Shown here: piece after piece, positions 18,517 through 28,473 of the stretch | Numbering within the stretch: the first letter of the stretch is position 1 | Layout of the letters: each line of letters starts with the position of its first letter | DNA from: Spirochaetia bacterium | Lineage (GTDB): Bacteria > Spirochaetota > Spirochaetia > SZUA-6 > Bin103 | DNA: 64,000 bases | Direction: 5' to 3' | NCBI GenBank assembly: GCA_965199955.1 | Contig: CBDATQ010000001.1 | Coordinates: forward strand, 320,001 to 384,000 | Program-made: the position numbers and the translations under genes | Notes under the pieces: model-generated | Seen by the model: only the letters and a program-made list of their open reading frames with translations | Databases searched by the model: none | Told to the model about the DNA's origin: nothing

Positions 18517-20709
18517 ATGAGTCGACTGGCTAGACGATGCGCGGCTCTGTGCTGTATCTGCCTGCTCGTTGCCGGCGCCCGTGCGGCTGCGCAAACAGAC
18601 GCGGCCCCGGATCCTCGCGCTCCCTGGTTCGCGCGCGAACACGTGCTGGACATCGCCATCGAGATGGCGCCGGCGGACTGGGAAGACCTGCGCGCCCGGA
18701 CGCGCACCCTGCAGGACATCCTGGGCGGCGACGACTGCCTGGCCGAGCCCGTGGAGGAGATCTTCACCTGGTTCGAGGCCACGGTGACCGTGGACGGCGC
18801 GGCCTACGCCCGGGCCGGTGTCCGCAAGAAGGGGTTCTTCGGCTCGCTCAGCACCGAGAAGCCGTCGCTCAAGCTGCGCTTCGACAAGTACGTGGACGGC
18901 CGCCTGCTCGGCGGCGCGATCGACCGCATGACCCTCAACAACAGCCTGCAGGACGCGTCGATGATCAGCACCTGTCTGGCCTACGAGGTGTTCGCCGCCG
19001 CCGGGCTGCCGTCGCCGCGCTGCAACTTCGCCACCGTGACCGTGAACGGCGCCGACCTGGGCCTCTACGTGCACGTCGAGGAGATCAAGCCGCCGTTCCT
19101 GGCGCGCCACTTCGCCAGCGCCGCGGGCAACCTGTACGAAGGCACCCTCAGCGACTTCGATCCCGGCTGGCGCGGGACCTTCGAGAAGAAGACGAACGAG
19201 GCCGAGGACGACTGGTCGGACATCGACGACGCCGTCGCCGCGCTGCAGGACCCCTCCCCCGCCGGCCTGGAGGCGCTGGACGCCATCGTCGACATCGATC
19301 GATTCCTGTCATTCTGGGCGACCGAGGTGTTGGTCGGCCACTGGGACGGGTACGCTGGCAATCGCAACAACTACCACTTCTACCGAGAGCCGGACGGACG
19401 CTTCGTGTTCATCCCCTGGGGTGTGGACGCCGTGTTCGAAACGACTGACGTGCCGTTCGACGACTTCGAGTCGCCGCCTTCGGTGAACGCCCACGGCGTC
19501 CTGGCGCATCGCCTGTACCAGGACGAAGCCGGGCGCGCGGCGTACTCCGGCCGCCTCCGCGAGTTGCTGGCCGCGGTCTGGAACGAGGAGGAACTGCTGC
19601 GCAGCGCCGACGAGCTGGCAGCCATCGTGCAGACCCACGCCCCGCCCGAAGCGCGCGAGGAGGCAGCCGACGACACCGTCCGGGTGCGGCGCTTCATCCT
19701 CAAGCGGCGCGGCGAGCTGTTGGCGGATCTGGAGCCCGAGCCGCCGGACTGGCCCTGGCCGCTGGTCGACGCGGCCTCCGTGTGCTGGGGCGAGGGCAGC
19801 GGGGTCGCGACGTTCGAGGTGGCGTTCAAGACCACCTGGGGGACGAAGGACAGCCCCAATCCGTTCGAGACCGGCACGATCACCAGCCTGGCCCTGGACG
19901 GGACCGACCAGCCGCCGGGGACGGCGGGGGCGACCGCCGGCCTCGCAAACGCCGAAGAAGCGGCGGAGGTCGGACTCGAAGACGGCGCGTTCCTGTCCGT
20001 GATGAGGCTGGAGGCGGACTTGTCCATCGAGGGATTCACCGTGTGGCTCCCGGTCGACCTGCTGTCCGCCGGAACCGAGCTGACGATCGGCGAAGGCGGA
20101 GTCGGCGGCGTCCAATGGAAGATGCCGCCGGGCGCCGCCGCCCCGGAAACGTACGTGCCGATCGTGGCGGGCACGCTGGAGCTGGCCGCGGCAGGCACGG
20201 AACGGGGGGCGGTGATAGCGGGTCGGCTCTCAGGCGCCTTCGGGTTCGGCGCTCCACCCGTGGAGGAACGCGCTGCCGCCCCGGAGGCCGGCCTGGAAAT
20301 CGACGCCGGCCTGGTCATCAACGAGGTCGCCGCACAGGGCGATCCGCTCGACTGGGTGGAGCTGTACAATGCTGCCGATGCCGACCTTGCCCTGGCGGAC
20401 TTCGTGATCGCCGACGACCTGAAGGACGCCGGCAAGCGCGTCCCGTTCCCGGCGGACCTCGTGATCCCGGCGGGCGGCCATCTCCGGGTCGAGCTGGACA
20501 AGGACGGCTGGCCCGGCTTCGCCCTGGGCAAGGATGAGGAGCTCGGCGTCTGGACGGCCGGCGGCGCCTTGGCAGCGGCGGTCGACTGGGACGAGGGTCA
20601 GGCTGACGCGGGCACCAGCTTCGCCCGGCTGCCGGACGGCACCGGCGAATTCCGGACCGTGAGCACGCCCACGCCTGGGGCTCCGAATCAGGCCGAGGAG
20701 GGAAGATGA
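18517..20709 (+). CDS. Secreted CotH kinase-family protein with C-terminal lamin-tail domain
   Basis: Signal peptide; KPSLKLRFD, LNN, GLYVHVE, HWDGY..NRNNY, FIPWG.D; INEV..DWVELYN and TPGAPN. Confidence 0.85.
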   Translation: MSRLARRCAALCCICLLVAGARAAAQTDAAPDPRAPWFAREHVLDIAIEMAPADWEDLRARTRTLQDILGGDDCLAEPVEEIFTWFEATVTVDGAAYARAGVRKKGFFGSLSTEKPSLKLRFDKYVDGRLLGGAIDRMTLNNSLQDASMISTCLAYEVFAAAGLPSPRCNFATVTVNGADLGLYVHVEEIKPPFLARHFASAAGNLYEGTLSDFDPGWRGTFEKKTNEAEDDWSDIDDAVAALQDPSPAGLEALDAIVDIDRFLSFWATEVLVGHWDGYAGNRNNYHFYREPDGRFVFIPWGVDAVFETTDVPFDDFESPPSVNAHGVLAHRLYQDEAGRAAYSGRLRELLAAVWNEEELLRSADELAAIVQTHAPPEAREEAADDTVRVRRFILKRRGELLADLEPEPPDWPWPLVDAASVCWGEGSGVATFEVAFKTTWGTKDSPNPFETGTITSLALDGTDQPPGTAGATAGLANAEEAAEVGLEDGAFLSVMRLEADLSIEGFTVWLPVDLLSAGTELTIGEGGVGGVQWKMPPGAAAPETYVPIVAGTLELAAAGTERGAVIAGRLSGAFGFGAPPVEERAAAPEAGLEIDAGLVINEVAAQGDPLDWVELYNAADADLALADFVIADDLKDAGKRVPFPADLVIPAGGHLRVELDKDGWPGFALGKDEELGVWTAGGALAAAVDWDEGQADAGTSFARLPDGTGEFRTVSTPTPGAPNQAEEGR

Positions 20710-20767
20710 CGGACACGTGGACGTGGGAGCCGATCGCCAGGCACGACGTGAGGTAGGCTCCGAGACC

Positions 20768-21373
20768 ATGGACGCCTTGACAAAGAGCCCCCCGCTCGCC
20801 GCGATCGTGGTCCTGGCAGCGCTCGGCTGTGCCGCGCCGACGCCGATCGGGCCGCCGACGTTTGCGGCGACCATTGACGGCCCGAAGGCCTACACGGTTG
20901 ACGAGGAGATCACTCCCCTCGTCCTGCCCGCCGCCACCGGCGGCACGGGCACGCTGACGTACTCGCTCGGTCCCGAGATCCAGACCGGTCTTGCTTTCGA
21001 CCCGGCCTCGCGCACCCTGAGCGGCACGCCGACGGCCACCGGCACCTACCGGATGACCTACCGGGTGGAAGACACGAACGGCCACAGCGCCGAGCTCACC
21101 TTCACCATCACCATCGAGAAGGCTCGAGTGGTCGGCGACGCACCGAGATTCGGCGACGGCACGCACATCGTGGGAGTGGACATCGAACCGGGCACATATC
21201 GCAACGCAGGGGAAGGGTTCTGCTACTGGGAGAGGCTTAGTGGGTTCTCCGGGGAGCTTGACGATATCCTGGCCAACGGAATATTGGATGGTGTCTCCGG
21301 GGTAGTGACAATCAAGGCGTCGGACCGGGGGTTCAGTTCGCAGGGTTGCGGTAGATGGCAAGCGGTTCAGTGA
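20768..21373 (+). CDS. Lipoprotein with Ig-like (He_PIG-type) domain plus C-terminal disulfide beta domain
   Basis: Lipobox LAALGC; GL.FD...RTLSGTPT..GTY; GDGTHIVGVDIEPGTY..CYWERL..GC. Confidence 0.7.
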   Translation: MDALTKSPPLAAIVVLAALGCAAPTPIGPPTFAATIDGPKAYTVDEEITPLVLPAATGGTGTLTYSLGPEIQTGLAFDPASRTLSGTPTATGTYRMTYRVEDTNGHSAELTFTITIEKARVVGDAPRFGDGTHIVGVDIEPGTYRNAGEGFCYWERLSGFSGELDDILANGILDGVSGVVTIKASDRGFSSQGCGRWQAVQ

Positions 21374-21477
21374 GCGTTGCGCGGGACGGCCCCGGTGAAT
21401 TTGAGGCCGTCCAAAGTGCGGTGGGTGGTACCGGCGTAGAGCGGAACGTTTCACCTCCAGCGACATGGCGATCATTC

Positions 21478-21511
21478 GACGTATTTCTGGCTGGAATGGC
21501 AGAAATACGTC
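21478..21511. terminator. 12-bp perfect inverted repeat between convergent genes
   Basis: GACGTATTTCTG-N10-CAGAAATACGTC; a second 8-bp hairpin at 21384-21412. Confidence 0.45.
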
Positions 21512-21532
21512 CGAAAAACGTGCGGGGAGCTC

Positions 21533-22471
21533 TCAGCCGAACAGGCGGTCGATCAGCTCCATGGACAGGATCGCTTCGTGCAGGTCGCAGGCGGGGGGGC
21601 CGAACGGGCGGCCGTCGCGCACGCGGTCGATGAAGTAGCGGTTCTGTTCGCGGGTGCTTTCATCGCCGGAGCAGGTGAGCTCCGTGACCTGTCCGTCGAT
21701 GATCACCTGGCCGCTGCGCACGCCTTCCAGGTAGGCGGAAGCGCTGCGGCCGTGCATCTCGTAGCGCTCCAGCCGGGCGCCGGCGGTGACGTTGGCGACC
21801 AGGTGGGCGACGCAGCCGCTCTCGAACAGGATGAGTCCCCCATACACGTCGCGGTAACCGGAGAAGAAGCTCCCCGAGAGGCTGTGCACTTCCGCCACCG
21901 GGGAGTCGGCAAGTGCGCGCACGCAGTCCAGCGCATGCACGGGGGTCTCGTAGAAGTACCGGTCGAGCACCGGCGGCTTCAGGATGCCACGTTCCTCGAT
22001 GTCGACCAGGTTCTTGTGGAACTCGCCGACGATCGTGGTCAGCGGGCCGCGCTCGCAGATCAGCCGCTTCGCCTCGCGGATCGCCGGGTTGAAGCGGCGG
22101 TTGAGGCCGACCATGCAGCGGGCGCCGGTGCGCTCGGAGATTTCCAGAAGGGCGCGCGTCTGTGACACGTGGAGTCCGGGGGGCTTCTCCAGCAGGGTGT
22201 GGACGCCGGCCTCCAGGCAGACCTGCGCAACGGGAGCGTTGAACTCCGGGGGCACCGCGACGACCACGGCGTCCGGGGACTCGGCTTCGAGCATCCGCTC
22301 CGGCAGCGCATAGGTGGCAACGCCGCCAAGCTCCTCGGCCGCGGCGTTGCGGCGTGTCTCGTCCAGGTCGCACACCGCCGTCATCACGGCTCCGTCGATC
22401 GCGGCGATGTGTCGCGCGTGGCCGCGCCCCCGTCCGCCGCAGCCGATCAGGGCTGCGCGTGTCTCTTTCAT
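21533..22471 (-). CDS. Gfo/Idh/MocA oxidoreductase
   Basis: IGCGGRG, LEKP, NRRF, HALD. Confidence 0.9.
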   Translation of the reverse strand: MKETRAALIGCGGRGRGHARHIAAIDGAVMTAVCDLDETRRNAAAEELGGVATYALPERMLEAESPDAVVVAVPPEFNAPVAQVCLEAGVHTLLEKPPGLHVSQTRALLEISERTGARCMVGLNRRFNPAIREAKRLICERGPLTTIVGEFHKNLVDIEERGILKPPVLDRYFYETPVHALDCVRALADSPVAEVHSLSGSFFSGYRDVYGGLILFESGCVAHLVANVTAGARLERYEMHGRSASAYLEGVRSGQVIIDGQVTELTCSGDESTREQNRYFIDRVRDGRPFGPPACDLHEAILSMELIDRLFG

Positions 22472-23523
22472 GCTCCTCGCTCCTCCGCACCGGCGACATC
22501 GATGATCACCTTGCGCTCCTGGCGCTCGCCGCGCGCCAGCGCGGTCATCACCTCCGGCACGTCGTCCAGCGTACACCGCGCCTCGATGAAGGTGGCCAGC
22601 CGGCCGGCGAGCTGAGGCAGCGCATCGACGCTCTCCTGGAACGATGCGCGGTCGAAGCCGTAGCTGCCGATGACCGTGACTTCGTCGGAGACCAGGTCCT
22701 GCAGCGGCAGGCTCACCTCCCGTGCCAGGTTGCCGATGGCCAGCAGCGTGGCGTCGGGCCGGCAGAGCTGGAACGCGAGCGTGAACGACGGGCCGGTGCC
22801 GACGGCGTCGATCACCACCGAGGGGCGACCGCCGAGTGCGGCCTCCACCGCCGCGGAGGTAGCCGCAGGCTCCTCGCCCGCCCGCAGGTGATAGGGCTGT
22901 GCGTCGAAGGCCGAGGCCGCCTGCGCCTTGTCCGCCAACGTGTCCAGCACGACGATCGGGTCGAAGCCCCGCAGGTGGCCGACCGTGGCCGCGCACAGGC
23001 CGATGGTGCCGGCGCCCAGTATGGCCAGCGGTCCGGGGCGGCGGTCGTGGGCGGCAAGGCGGTCGAACGCATGGCCGGTCACCGCCGCCGGCTCGGCCAG
23101 CGCCGCGATGTCCGGCCCCACCCCGGACGGGATGGGGATGGCGTTGTCCGCGGGGACCGTGACGTATTCGGCCATCGCCCCGCGGCGGGAGAGATTGACG
23201 CCGATTATCTGCTTGTTCAGGAAGCTCGGATCGCCCTCCTCCGGGCTCGGAGCATGGTCGGCGATGATGTTGTACAGGGCGACCGGCGTGCCCACCGGCG
23301 GCCCGCCGGCGCCGGGACCCAGCGCCGCGACGCGGGCGCCGACCTCGTGTCCCATGACCATGTCGGGCGCGCGTCGGCCGCTCTCACCGGTGAAGCCGTG
23401 CACGTCGCTGCCGCAGATGCCGACGGCGTCGACCGCCAGCAGCACCTCCCCCGCGCGGGGCTGCGGCTGCGGCAGATCGACCACGCGCATCGTCCACGGC
23501 TTCTCGTACAGAACCGCTTTCAT
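22468..23523 (-). CDS. Zn-dependent medium-chain alcohol dehydrogenase (lacks structural-Zn Cys cluster)
   Basis: GICGSD, GHE, AEP, GAGTIG. Confidence 0.88.
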   Translation of the reverse strand: MKAVLYEKPWTMRVVDLPQPQPRAGEVLLAVDAVGICGSDVHGFTGESGRRAPDMVMGHEVGARVAALGPGAGGPPVGTPVALYNIIADHAPSPEEGDPSFLNKQIIGVNLSRRGAMAEYVTVPADNAIPIPSGVGPDIAALAEPAAVTGHAFDRLAAHDRRPGPLAILGAGTIGLCAATVGHLRGFDPIVVLDTLADKAQAASAFDAQPYHLRAGEEPAATSAAVEAALGGRPSVVIDAVGTGPSFTLAFQLCRPDATLLAIGNLAREVSLPLQDLVSDEVTVIGSYGFDRASFQESVDALPQLAGRLATFIEARCTLDDVPEVMTALARGERQERKVIIDVAGAEERGA

Positions 23524-23580
23524 GGCGCCGAGCATAGCGGCCCGCGCACGCGAAGCCAAAGACGCCGCGTGCGCCGCTCC

Positions 23581-23853
23581 TCAGCCGAGCGAGCGGTGCC
23601 GGGAGTCATCGCGCGAGGGGGCCGGCGCGGCGCTCGTGCGGTCCGCTCCGGCATCGGCGCCGCCGTAGCGCGGCAGCCAGTATTCCAGCCACGTGCGCTG
23701 GCAGCGGCGGTCGCAGAAGCTCAGGCGATGCTCGCCGTGCCGCGCTCGCCAGAGACGGCCGACGATCATCTTGCCGCACAGGTCGCAGCGCGCGGTGGTG
23801 GTGGCGTACAGCGCGTCGGGGACCGGCTCCCAGCTCCCGTCGGCGGCGCTCAC
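23581..23853 (-). CDS. Small Zn-finger (TRASH-like CxxC..CxxxC) protein
   Basis: RCDLCG..FCDRRC; GTG start overlaps the hydantoinase B stop (GTGA). Confidence 0.7.
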   Translation of the reverse strand: MSAADGSWEPVPDALYATTTARCDLCGKMIVGRLWRARHGEHRLSFCDRRCQRTWLEYWLPRYGGADAGADRTSAAPAPSRDDSRHRSLG

Positions 23854-25622
23854 GGTTCCGAGCGTAGCTGCGCCGTTGCCGCCGCGTCGAGGCGCCAGCC
23901 GCCGTCGGCGTCCCGCGCCAGCACCACCCCGTACACCTCGCGCGCCTGATCCGGGCCGAGCACCCCGTCGCGCACCTCCTCGCACACAAGCTCGGGGTCG
24001 CGCTCCGCCGGCGGCCCGTACCCGCCGCCGCCGGGACTGACGATCTCGATGCGATCGCCGCCTTGCACCCGGATGTCCGCGAACTTGTTGGGCGACACGG
24101 TGCCGAACGCTTCGCTGAAGGTGCGCCAGGAATCGTCGCCGTCCCGGCGGATGCGCAGCGCTCCCGGGCGTCCCTGCCGGCCGCCGAACAGCCCCCAGGC
24201 GCCTGTCTCGTGGCGGTCCATGAAGCTGGACACCGTGATCTCCGGCGCCCGCGCCTCGATCACGCGGCGGCTGCCGGCGCCGCCGCGGCTGCGTCCGTGG
24301 CCTCCCGAGCCGTCGGCCAGACTGTAGCTGTGCGTCAGCCACGGGTAGCGGGTCTCGAACACCTCGACCGGCGTGTTGCGGCAGTTGCCGTTGATCGGGC
24401 ACTGGCTGTCGTTGCCGTCGCCGGTCGCCTTGCCGCCCCAGCCGCAGCCTTCGATGTGGTAGTTGGCGTAGAACTCGCCGGTGCGCGGATGGGTGCCGCC
24501 GAACAGGAAGTTGCAGGAACTGGCGCCGGTGGCGGCCGCCACCCGCTCGGGCAGCGGCTGGGACAGGCAGCCGAACAGGACGTCGACGATGCGCTCGTGG
24601 ATCTCGGAGTTGCCGCCCACGCTGGGGCCGGGATGCTCGACGTTGACGACCGTGCCGGGCGGCACGATCAGCTCGATGGGACGGTAGCAGCCGGAGTTGC
24701 GCGGGATGGTGCGGTCGGTGAGGTTGAGCATCGCGTTGTAGGTGGCGGAGGCGGTCACGCCGTAGGTGCAGTTACAGGGGCCCTGCGCCTGCGGGCTGGA
24801 GCCGTTGTAGTCGAAGATGATGCGCTCTCCGCGCACTACCGCGGTGCAGTGGATGCGGTAGCGCTCGTCCGCCACCACGCCGTCGTTCTCGATCCAGTCC
24901 TCGAACGCATACTCGCCGTCGGGGATCTCCGCGATCTCCGCGCGCATGCGCCGTTCGGCGTAGTCCATGAGCTCTCTGCCGGCGTCGATCACGGCGTCGA
25001 AGCCGTAGCGGTCCAGGAGCTGGTGCAGCCGCCGCTCGGCGACCGTCAGCGAGCCGATCATGGCGTGGAAGTCGCCCCACGAGGTGCGCGGCGTGCGGTG
25101 GTTGGTGAGGATGATCTTCCAGATGTCGTCGACGTACTCGCCCGAGCGCATGATCTTCACCGGTGGCAGCCGCAGGCCTTCCTGGTAGATTTCGCGGGCG
25201 TCGGCGGCGAATCCGCCGACCGCCTTGCCGCCGATCTCGGTCAGGTGGGCGATGTTGCCGACGAAGCCGTACAGCTCGCCGCGGTGGTACACGGGCTTGA
25301 TCACCGTGTGCTCGGGCAGGTGGCAGCCGCCGCGGTAGGGATCGTTGTGCATCACCACGTCGCCGGGGCGGAAGTTTTCCAGTCCCACCTCGGCGATCGT
25401 CCACTGCATGGTGTGGAGGATCGCCCCGATCTGGGCCGGGCAGAACTCGGCGTAGGAGACCATCTGTGCGTCGCGGTCGAACACCACGCAGGAGAAGTCC
25501 AGCCCCTCGTTGAAGATCGAGGAGTACGAGGTCTTCATCATCGCCAGCCCCATCTCCCGGCAGGTGTTGACCAGGTAGTTGTTGATGATGGTGAGGGTCA
25601 CGCTGTCCAGGATCCGCGCCAT
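23850..25622 (-). CDS. Hydantoinase B/5-oxoprolinase family subunit
   Basis: DFSC, NDPYRGGCHLPE, AH..EIGG, IYQEG, NTPVE..E, GGGGYG. Confidence 0.92.
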   Translation of the reverse strand: MARILDSVTLTIINNYLVNTCREMGLAMMKTSYSSIFNEGLDFSCVVFDRDAQMVSYAEFCPAQIGAILHTMQWTIAEVGLENFRPGDVVMHNDPYRGGCHLPEHTVIKPVYHRGELYGFVGNIAHLTEIGGKAVGGFAADAREIYQEGLRLPPVKIMRSGEYVDDIWKIILTNHRTPRTSWGDFHAMIGSLTVAERRLHQLLDRYGFDAVIDAGRELMDYAERRMRAEIAEIPDGEYAFEDWIENDGVVADERYRIHCTAVVRGERIIFDYNGSSPQAQGPCNCTYGVTASATYNAMLNLTDRTIPRNSGCYRPIELIVPPGTVVNVEHPGPSVGGNSEIHERIVDVLFGCLSQPLPERVAAATGASSCNFLFGGTHPRTGEFYANYHIEGCGWGGKATGDGNDSQCPINGNCRNTPVEVFETRYPWLTHSYSLADGSGGHGRSRGGAGSRRVIEARAPEITVSSFMDRHETGAWGLFGGRQGRPGALRIRRDGDDSWRTFSEAFGTVSPNKFADIRVQGGDRIEIVSPGGGGYGPPAERDPELVCEEVRDGVLGPDQAREVYGVVLARDADGGWRLDAAATAQLRSEP

Positions 25623-25629
25623 GGATCGT

Positions 25630-26259
25630 CTATGCCGTCCCGATCATACCGGTGCGGCGCATTATCTGGTCGACGCACTCCTGGGCCGGGTGCGCGTTGG
25701 TGTCCACCCGGACCTCGGGATCCTCCGGGGGTTCGTACGGGCTGCCGATGCCGGTGAAGTTGGGAAGCTCGCCCCGGCGCGCTTTCGCGTACAGGCCCTT
25801 GGTGTCGCGGGCCTCACAGGTATCGATCGACGCGTCGACGAATACCTCCACGAAATCGCCCTGCGCGAACAGACGGCGCGCCGCAGCCCGGTCCGCACGA
25901 AAGGGACTGATCAAGGCCACGATCACGATGAGCCCCGCATCGACCATCAGGCGCGCCACTTCAGCCACGCGCCGGATGTTCTCGATCCGGTCGTCCTTGG
26001 TGAATCCCAGGTCCTTGCTGAGGCCGTGCCGTACATTGTCGCCGTCCAGCACGTAGCTGTGCCGGCCGTCCAGGTGCAACCGCTGCTCCAGAAGATTCGC
26101 GAGCGTCGACTTCCCCGAGCCCGACAGCCCCGTCATCCACAGACACCGTGCGGACTGGTGCTTCGCTTCGCTGCGCAGGTGCTGCGTAACCTGGAAACGC
26201 TGCCAACGGATGTTCGAAGAGCGGCGCAACGCATACTGAACCATGCCGGCGCCCATCAC
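25630..26259 (-). CDS. cysC: Adenylyl-sulfate (APS) kinase, derived from a truncated cysNC
   Basis: GLSGSGKST, LDGDNVRHGL, DRIENIRR, ISP, RDTKGLY, FTGIGSPYEPP. Confidence 0.9.
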   Translation of the reverse strand: MMGAGMVQYALRRSSNIRWQRFQVTQHLRSEAKHQSARCLWMTGLSGSGKSTLANLLEQRLHLDGRHSYVLDGDNVRHGLSKDLGFTKDDRIENIRRVAEVARLMVDAGLIVIVALISPFRADRAAARRLFAQGDFVEVFVDASIDTCEARDTKGLYAKARRGELPNFTGIGSPYEPPEDPEVRVDTNAHPAQECVDQIMRRTGMIGTA

Positions 26260-26330
26260 CGTGGCGGTGAGCTGATCGACGAGTTGACGTGCTGCACCGG
26301 CATGCGGAAGGGGCCCTCGGCGCTCGCCAT
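26256..26330 (-). pseudogene. cysN: cysN relic forming a 24-codon mini-ORF
   Basis: MASAEGPFRMPVQHVN (start of CysN domain II) joined out of frame to LVDQLTATVMGAGM (end of CysN domain III). Confidence 0.7.
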
Positions 26331-26332
26331 GC

Positions 26333-28384
26333 CTATTCGTCCTCCGGCGCCTCGGCCGGCAGGGTGAGGATGAGGTTGCCGTGCCGATCCACGGTCAGTT
26401 GCGCCCCGTCCGGGACGAAGGTGGTGGAATCGAGCTCCTCGATCACGGCCGGACCGCTCGGTTCGATGCCCGCCGGCAACCGGTCGCGGCGGTAGCCGGC
26501 TCCTGCGGGACCGCGGGTTGCGCTGGCGGCGGCTGCGGCGGGCGCCGCCAGGGCGGGCGGCGGGTCCGCCACGGCCTCGGCGAGCGACACCTTGAGATGC
26601 ACCAGCTCCACGGGGTGATCGGGGAACTGGTAGCCGAAGAACTCCTCGTGGCGGCGGTGGAAGCGCTCGACCGCCGCGGGCAGCCCGTCCGCGAACCGGT
26701 ACTCCACGTCCTGCTCGTAGTTCTGCTGCGCGTAGCGCATGCTCAGGCCGAGGCGCTCGCGCGGTGCGCCGCGCAGCCCCTCAGCGTCGATCTCGCTTCG
26801 CGCGGCGTCCAGCATTACGCGAAAACGCGCGGCCAGCTCCGCATCGTCCACCGCCGAGTGGCGCATGCCCAGGGTTTGCACCCGCTGCACCCGCAGCCGC
26901 GCCAGCGCGGCTCCGAACGCCGAGCACAAACCGGGATGCGGCGGCACCACGACCCGGCGCATCCCCAGCTTGGCGGCGATGGCCGCGGCGTGCAGCGGCC
27001 CGGCGCCGCCGAAGGCGACGAGCACGAAGTCGCGTGGATCGATCCCGCGCTCGATGGTCAGCAGGCGGATCGCGTTGGTCATGTTCTCGTCGGCAAGGTC
27101 GACGATGGCGCGCGCCGCCGCTTCCCGCTGCAGTCCCAGAGACCGCGCCAGCGGGTCGATCACCGCCGCCGCGCGCTCGGGGTGCAGCCGCAACTCCCCG
27201 CCAAGGAAGAACTCGGGGTTGAGCCGGCCGAGCACCAGGTTGGCGTCGGTCACGGTGGCGGCGTCGCCGCCGGCGCCGTAGCAGCCGGGACCTGGCCGGG
27301 CGCCCGCGCTTTCCGGTCCTACGCTGAGCATGCCGCCCTTGTCGATGCGGGCGATGGAGCCGCCGCCGGCGCCAAGCGTGCGCACCTCGATCACGGGAAT
27401 CGCCACCGGCAGGCCCCACTCGATCTCGTACTCGGTGGTGAACTGCGGCTCGCCGTCCAGCAGCAGGCCCACGTCGCAGCTCGTGCCCCCCATGTCGAGG
27501 GTGATCGCCTGCCCGAAGCCCGCCTGGCACGCGAAGTGGGCGCCGCCGATCACGCCTCCGGCGAGCCCCGAGAGCAGCAGGTCGACCGGCCGTTCGGGCG
27601 CCTGGGTGAGCCCGGTGGTGCCGCCGTCCGACTTGAGCAGCGAACAGGGGCCGCTCACGTGGCGTTCGCGCAGCGCCTCTCCGACGCTCCGGCAGTAGCC
27701 GCTCAGCAGCGGCTTCAGGTAGGCGTCGGCGAGGGTGGTGCTGGAGCGCTCGTACTCGCGCCACAGCGGCGCGACCCGGTGCGAGAGGGAGACCGGGATG
27801 GAGGGAAATCGCCGCTCCAGGAACGCGCCGAGCGCAAGCTCATGGGCCGGGTTGAGATAGGAGAACAGCAGGCAGACCGCGATCGCGTCGGCGCCGCGCT
27901 CGGCGATCCGGGCCGCGAGCTGCTTCATGGCCGTGGCCTCCAGCGGCACCACCACCTCGCCCTGGGCGTCGATCCGCTCGGCCACGGGCAGGCAGCTTCG
28001 GCGCCGGACCAGCGGCCGCGGCTTCCGCCAGTGCAGGTCGTACTCGCTCTTGCGGTTGATGCGCTGAATGAACGGGATATCCTCGAACCCCGCCGTGGTG
28101 ACGTACAGCACCTCGGCCCCACGGCGCTGCAGCACCGTGTTGGTGGCCACCGTGGTGCCGTGCACGATGCGCTCGATGGCGGCACCCGGAACCGCGGCCT
28201 TGTCCAGCACCTGGAGCAGTGCGCCCAGCGGAGCGTCGGGTGTGGACGGGGCCTTGGCGACGCGCACGGATCCGTTCGCGCCGAGCGCCACCAGATCCGT
28301 GAATGTGCCGCCGGTGTCGATGCCCAGCGCCAGCGAGCCCGCGGGCGACTGCTTCACCCCGTTCGCACCTGATTCGTCGCTCAC
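26333..28384 (-). CDS. Hydantoinase A/5-oxoprolinase family ATP-binding subunit
   Basis: GIDTGGTFTD, HGTTVATN, EYER, DMGGTSCD, GAGGGSI, GPESAGA.PGP, FGGAGPLH. Confidence 0.92.
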   Translation of the reverse strand: MSDESGANGVKQSPAGSLALGIDTGGTFTDLVALGANGSVRVAKAPSTPDAPLGALLQVLDKAAVPGAAIERIVHGTTVATNTVLQRRGAEVLYVTTAGFEDIPFIQRINRKSEYDLHWRKPRPLVRRRSCLPVAERIDAQGEVVVPLEATAMKQLAARIAERGADAIAVCLLFSYLNPAHELALGAFLERRFPSIPVSLSHRVAPLWREYERSSTTLADAYLKPLLSGYCRSVGEALRERHVSGPCSLLKSDGGTTGLTQAPERPVDLLLSGLAGGVIGGAHFACQAGFGQAITLDMGGTSCDVGLLLDGEPQFTTEYEIEWGLPVAIPVIEVRTLGAGGGSIARIDKGGMLSVGPESAGARPGPGCYGAGGDAATVTDANLVLGRLNPEFFLGGELRLHPERAAAVIDPLARSLGLQREAAARAIVDLADENMTNAIRLLTIERGIDPRDFVLVAFGGAGPLHAAAIAAKLGMRRVVVPPHPGLCSAFGAALARLRVQRVQTLGMRHSAVDDAELAARFRVMLDAARSEIDAEGLRGAPRERLGLSMRYAQQNYEQDVEYRFADGLPAAVERFHRRHEEFFGYQFPDHPVELVHLKVSLAEAVADPPPALAAPAAAAASATRGPAGAGYRRDRLPAGIEPSGPAVIEELDSTTFVPDGAQLTVDRHGNLILTLPAEAPEDE

Positions 28385-28473
28385 GTCACTCGCAGTTCAT
28401 ACGCGTCGAAGCGAGAGCTTGCAACACGCGGCGACGCGAGTCTGAGGTATGGTATGAGCGAGGTGGGTTGACG

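Noticed and set aside
18517..20709. CotH as evidence of sporulation
   Set aside because: CotH kinases are widespread in non-sporulating bacteria and no other sporulation genes are present
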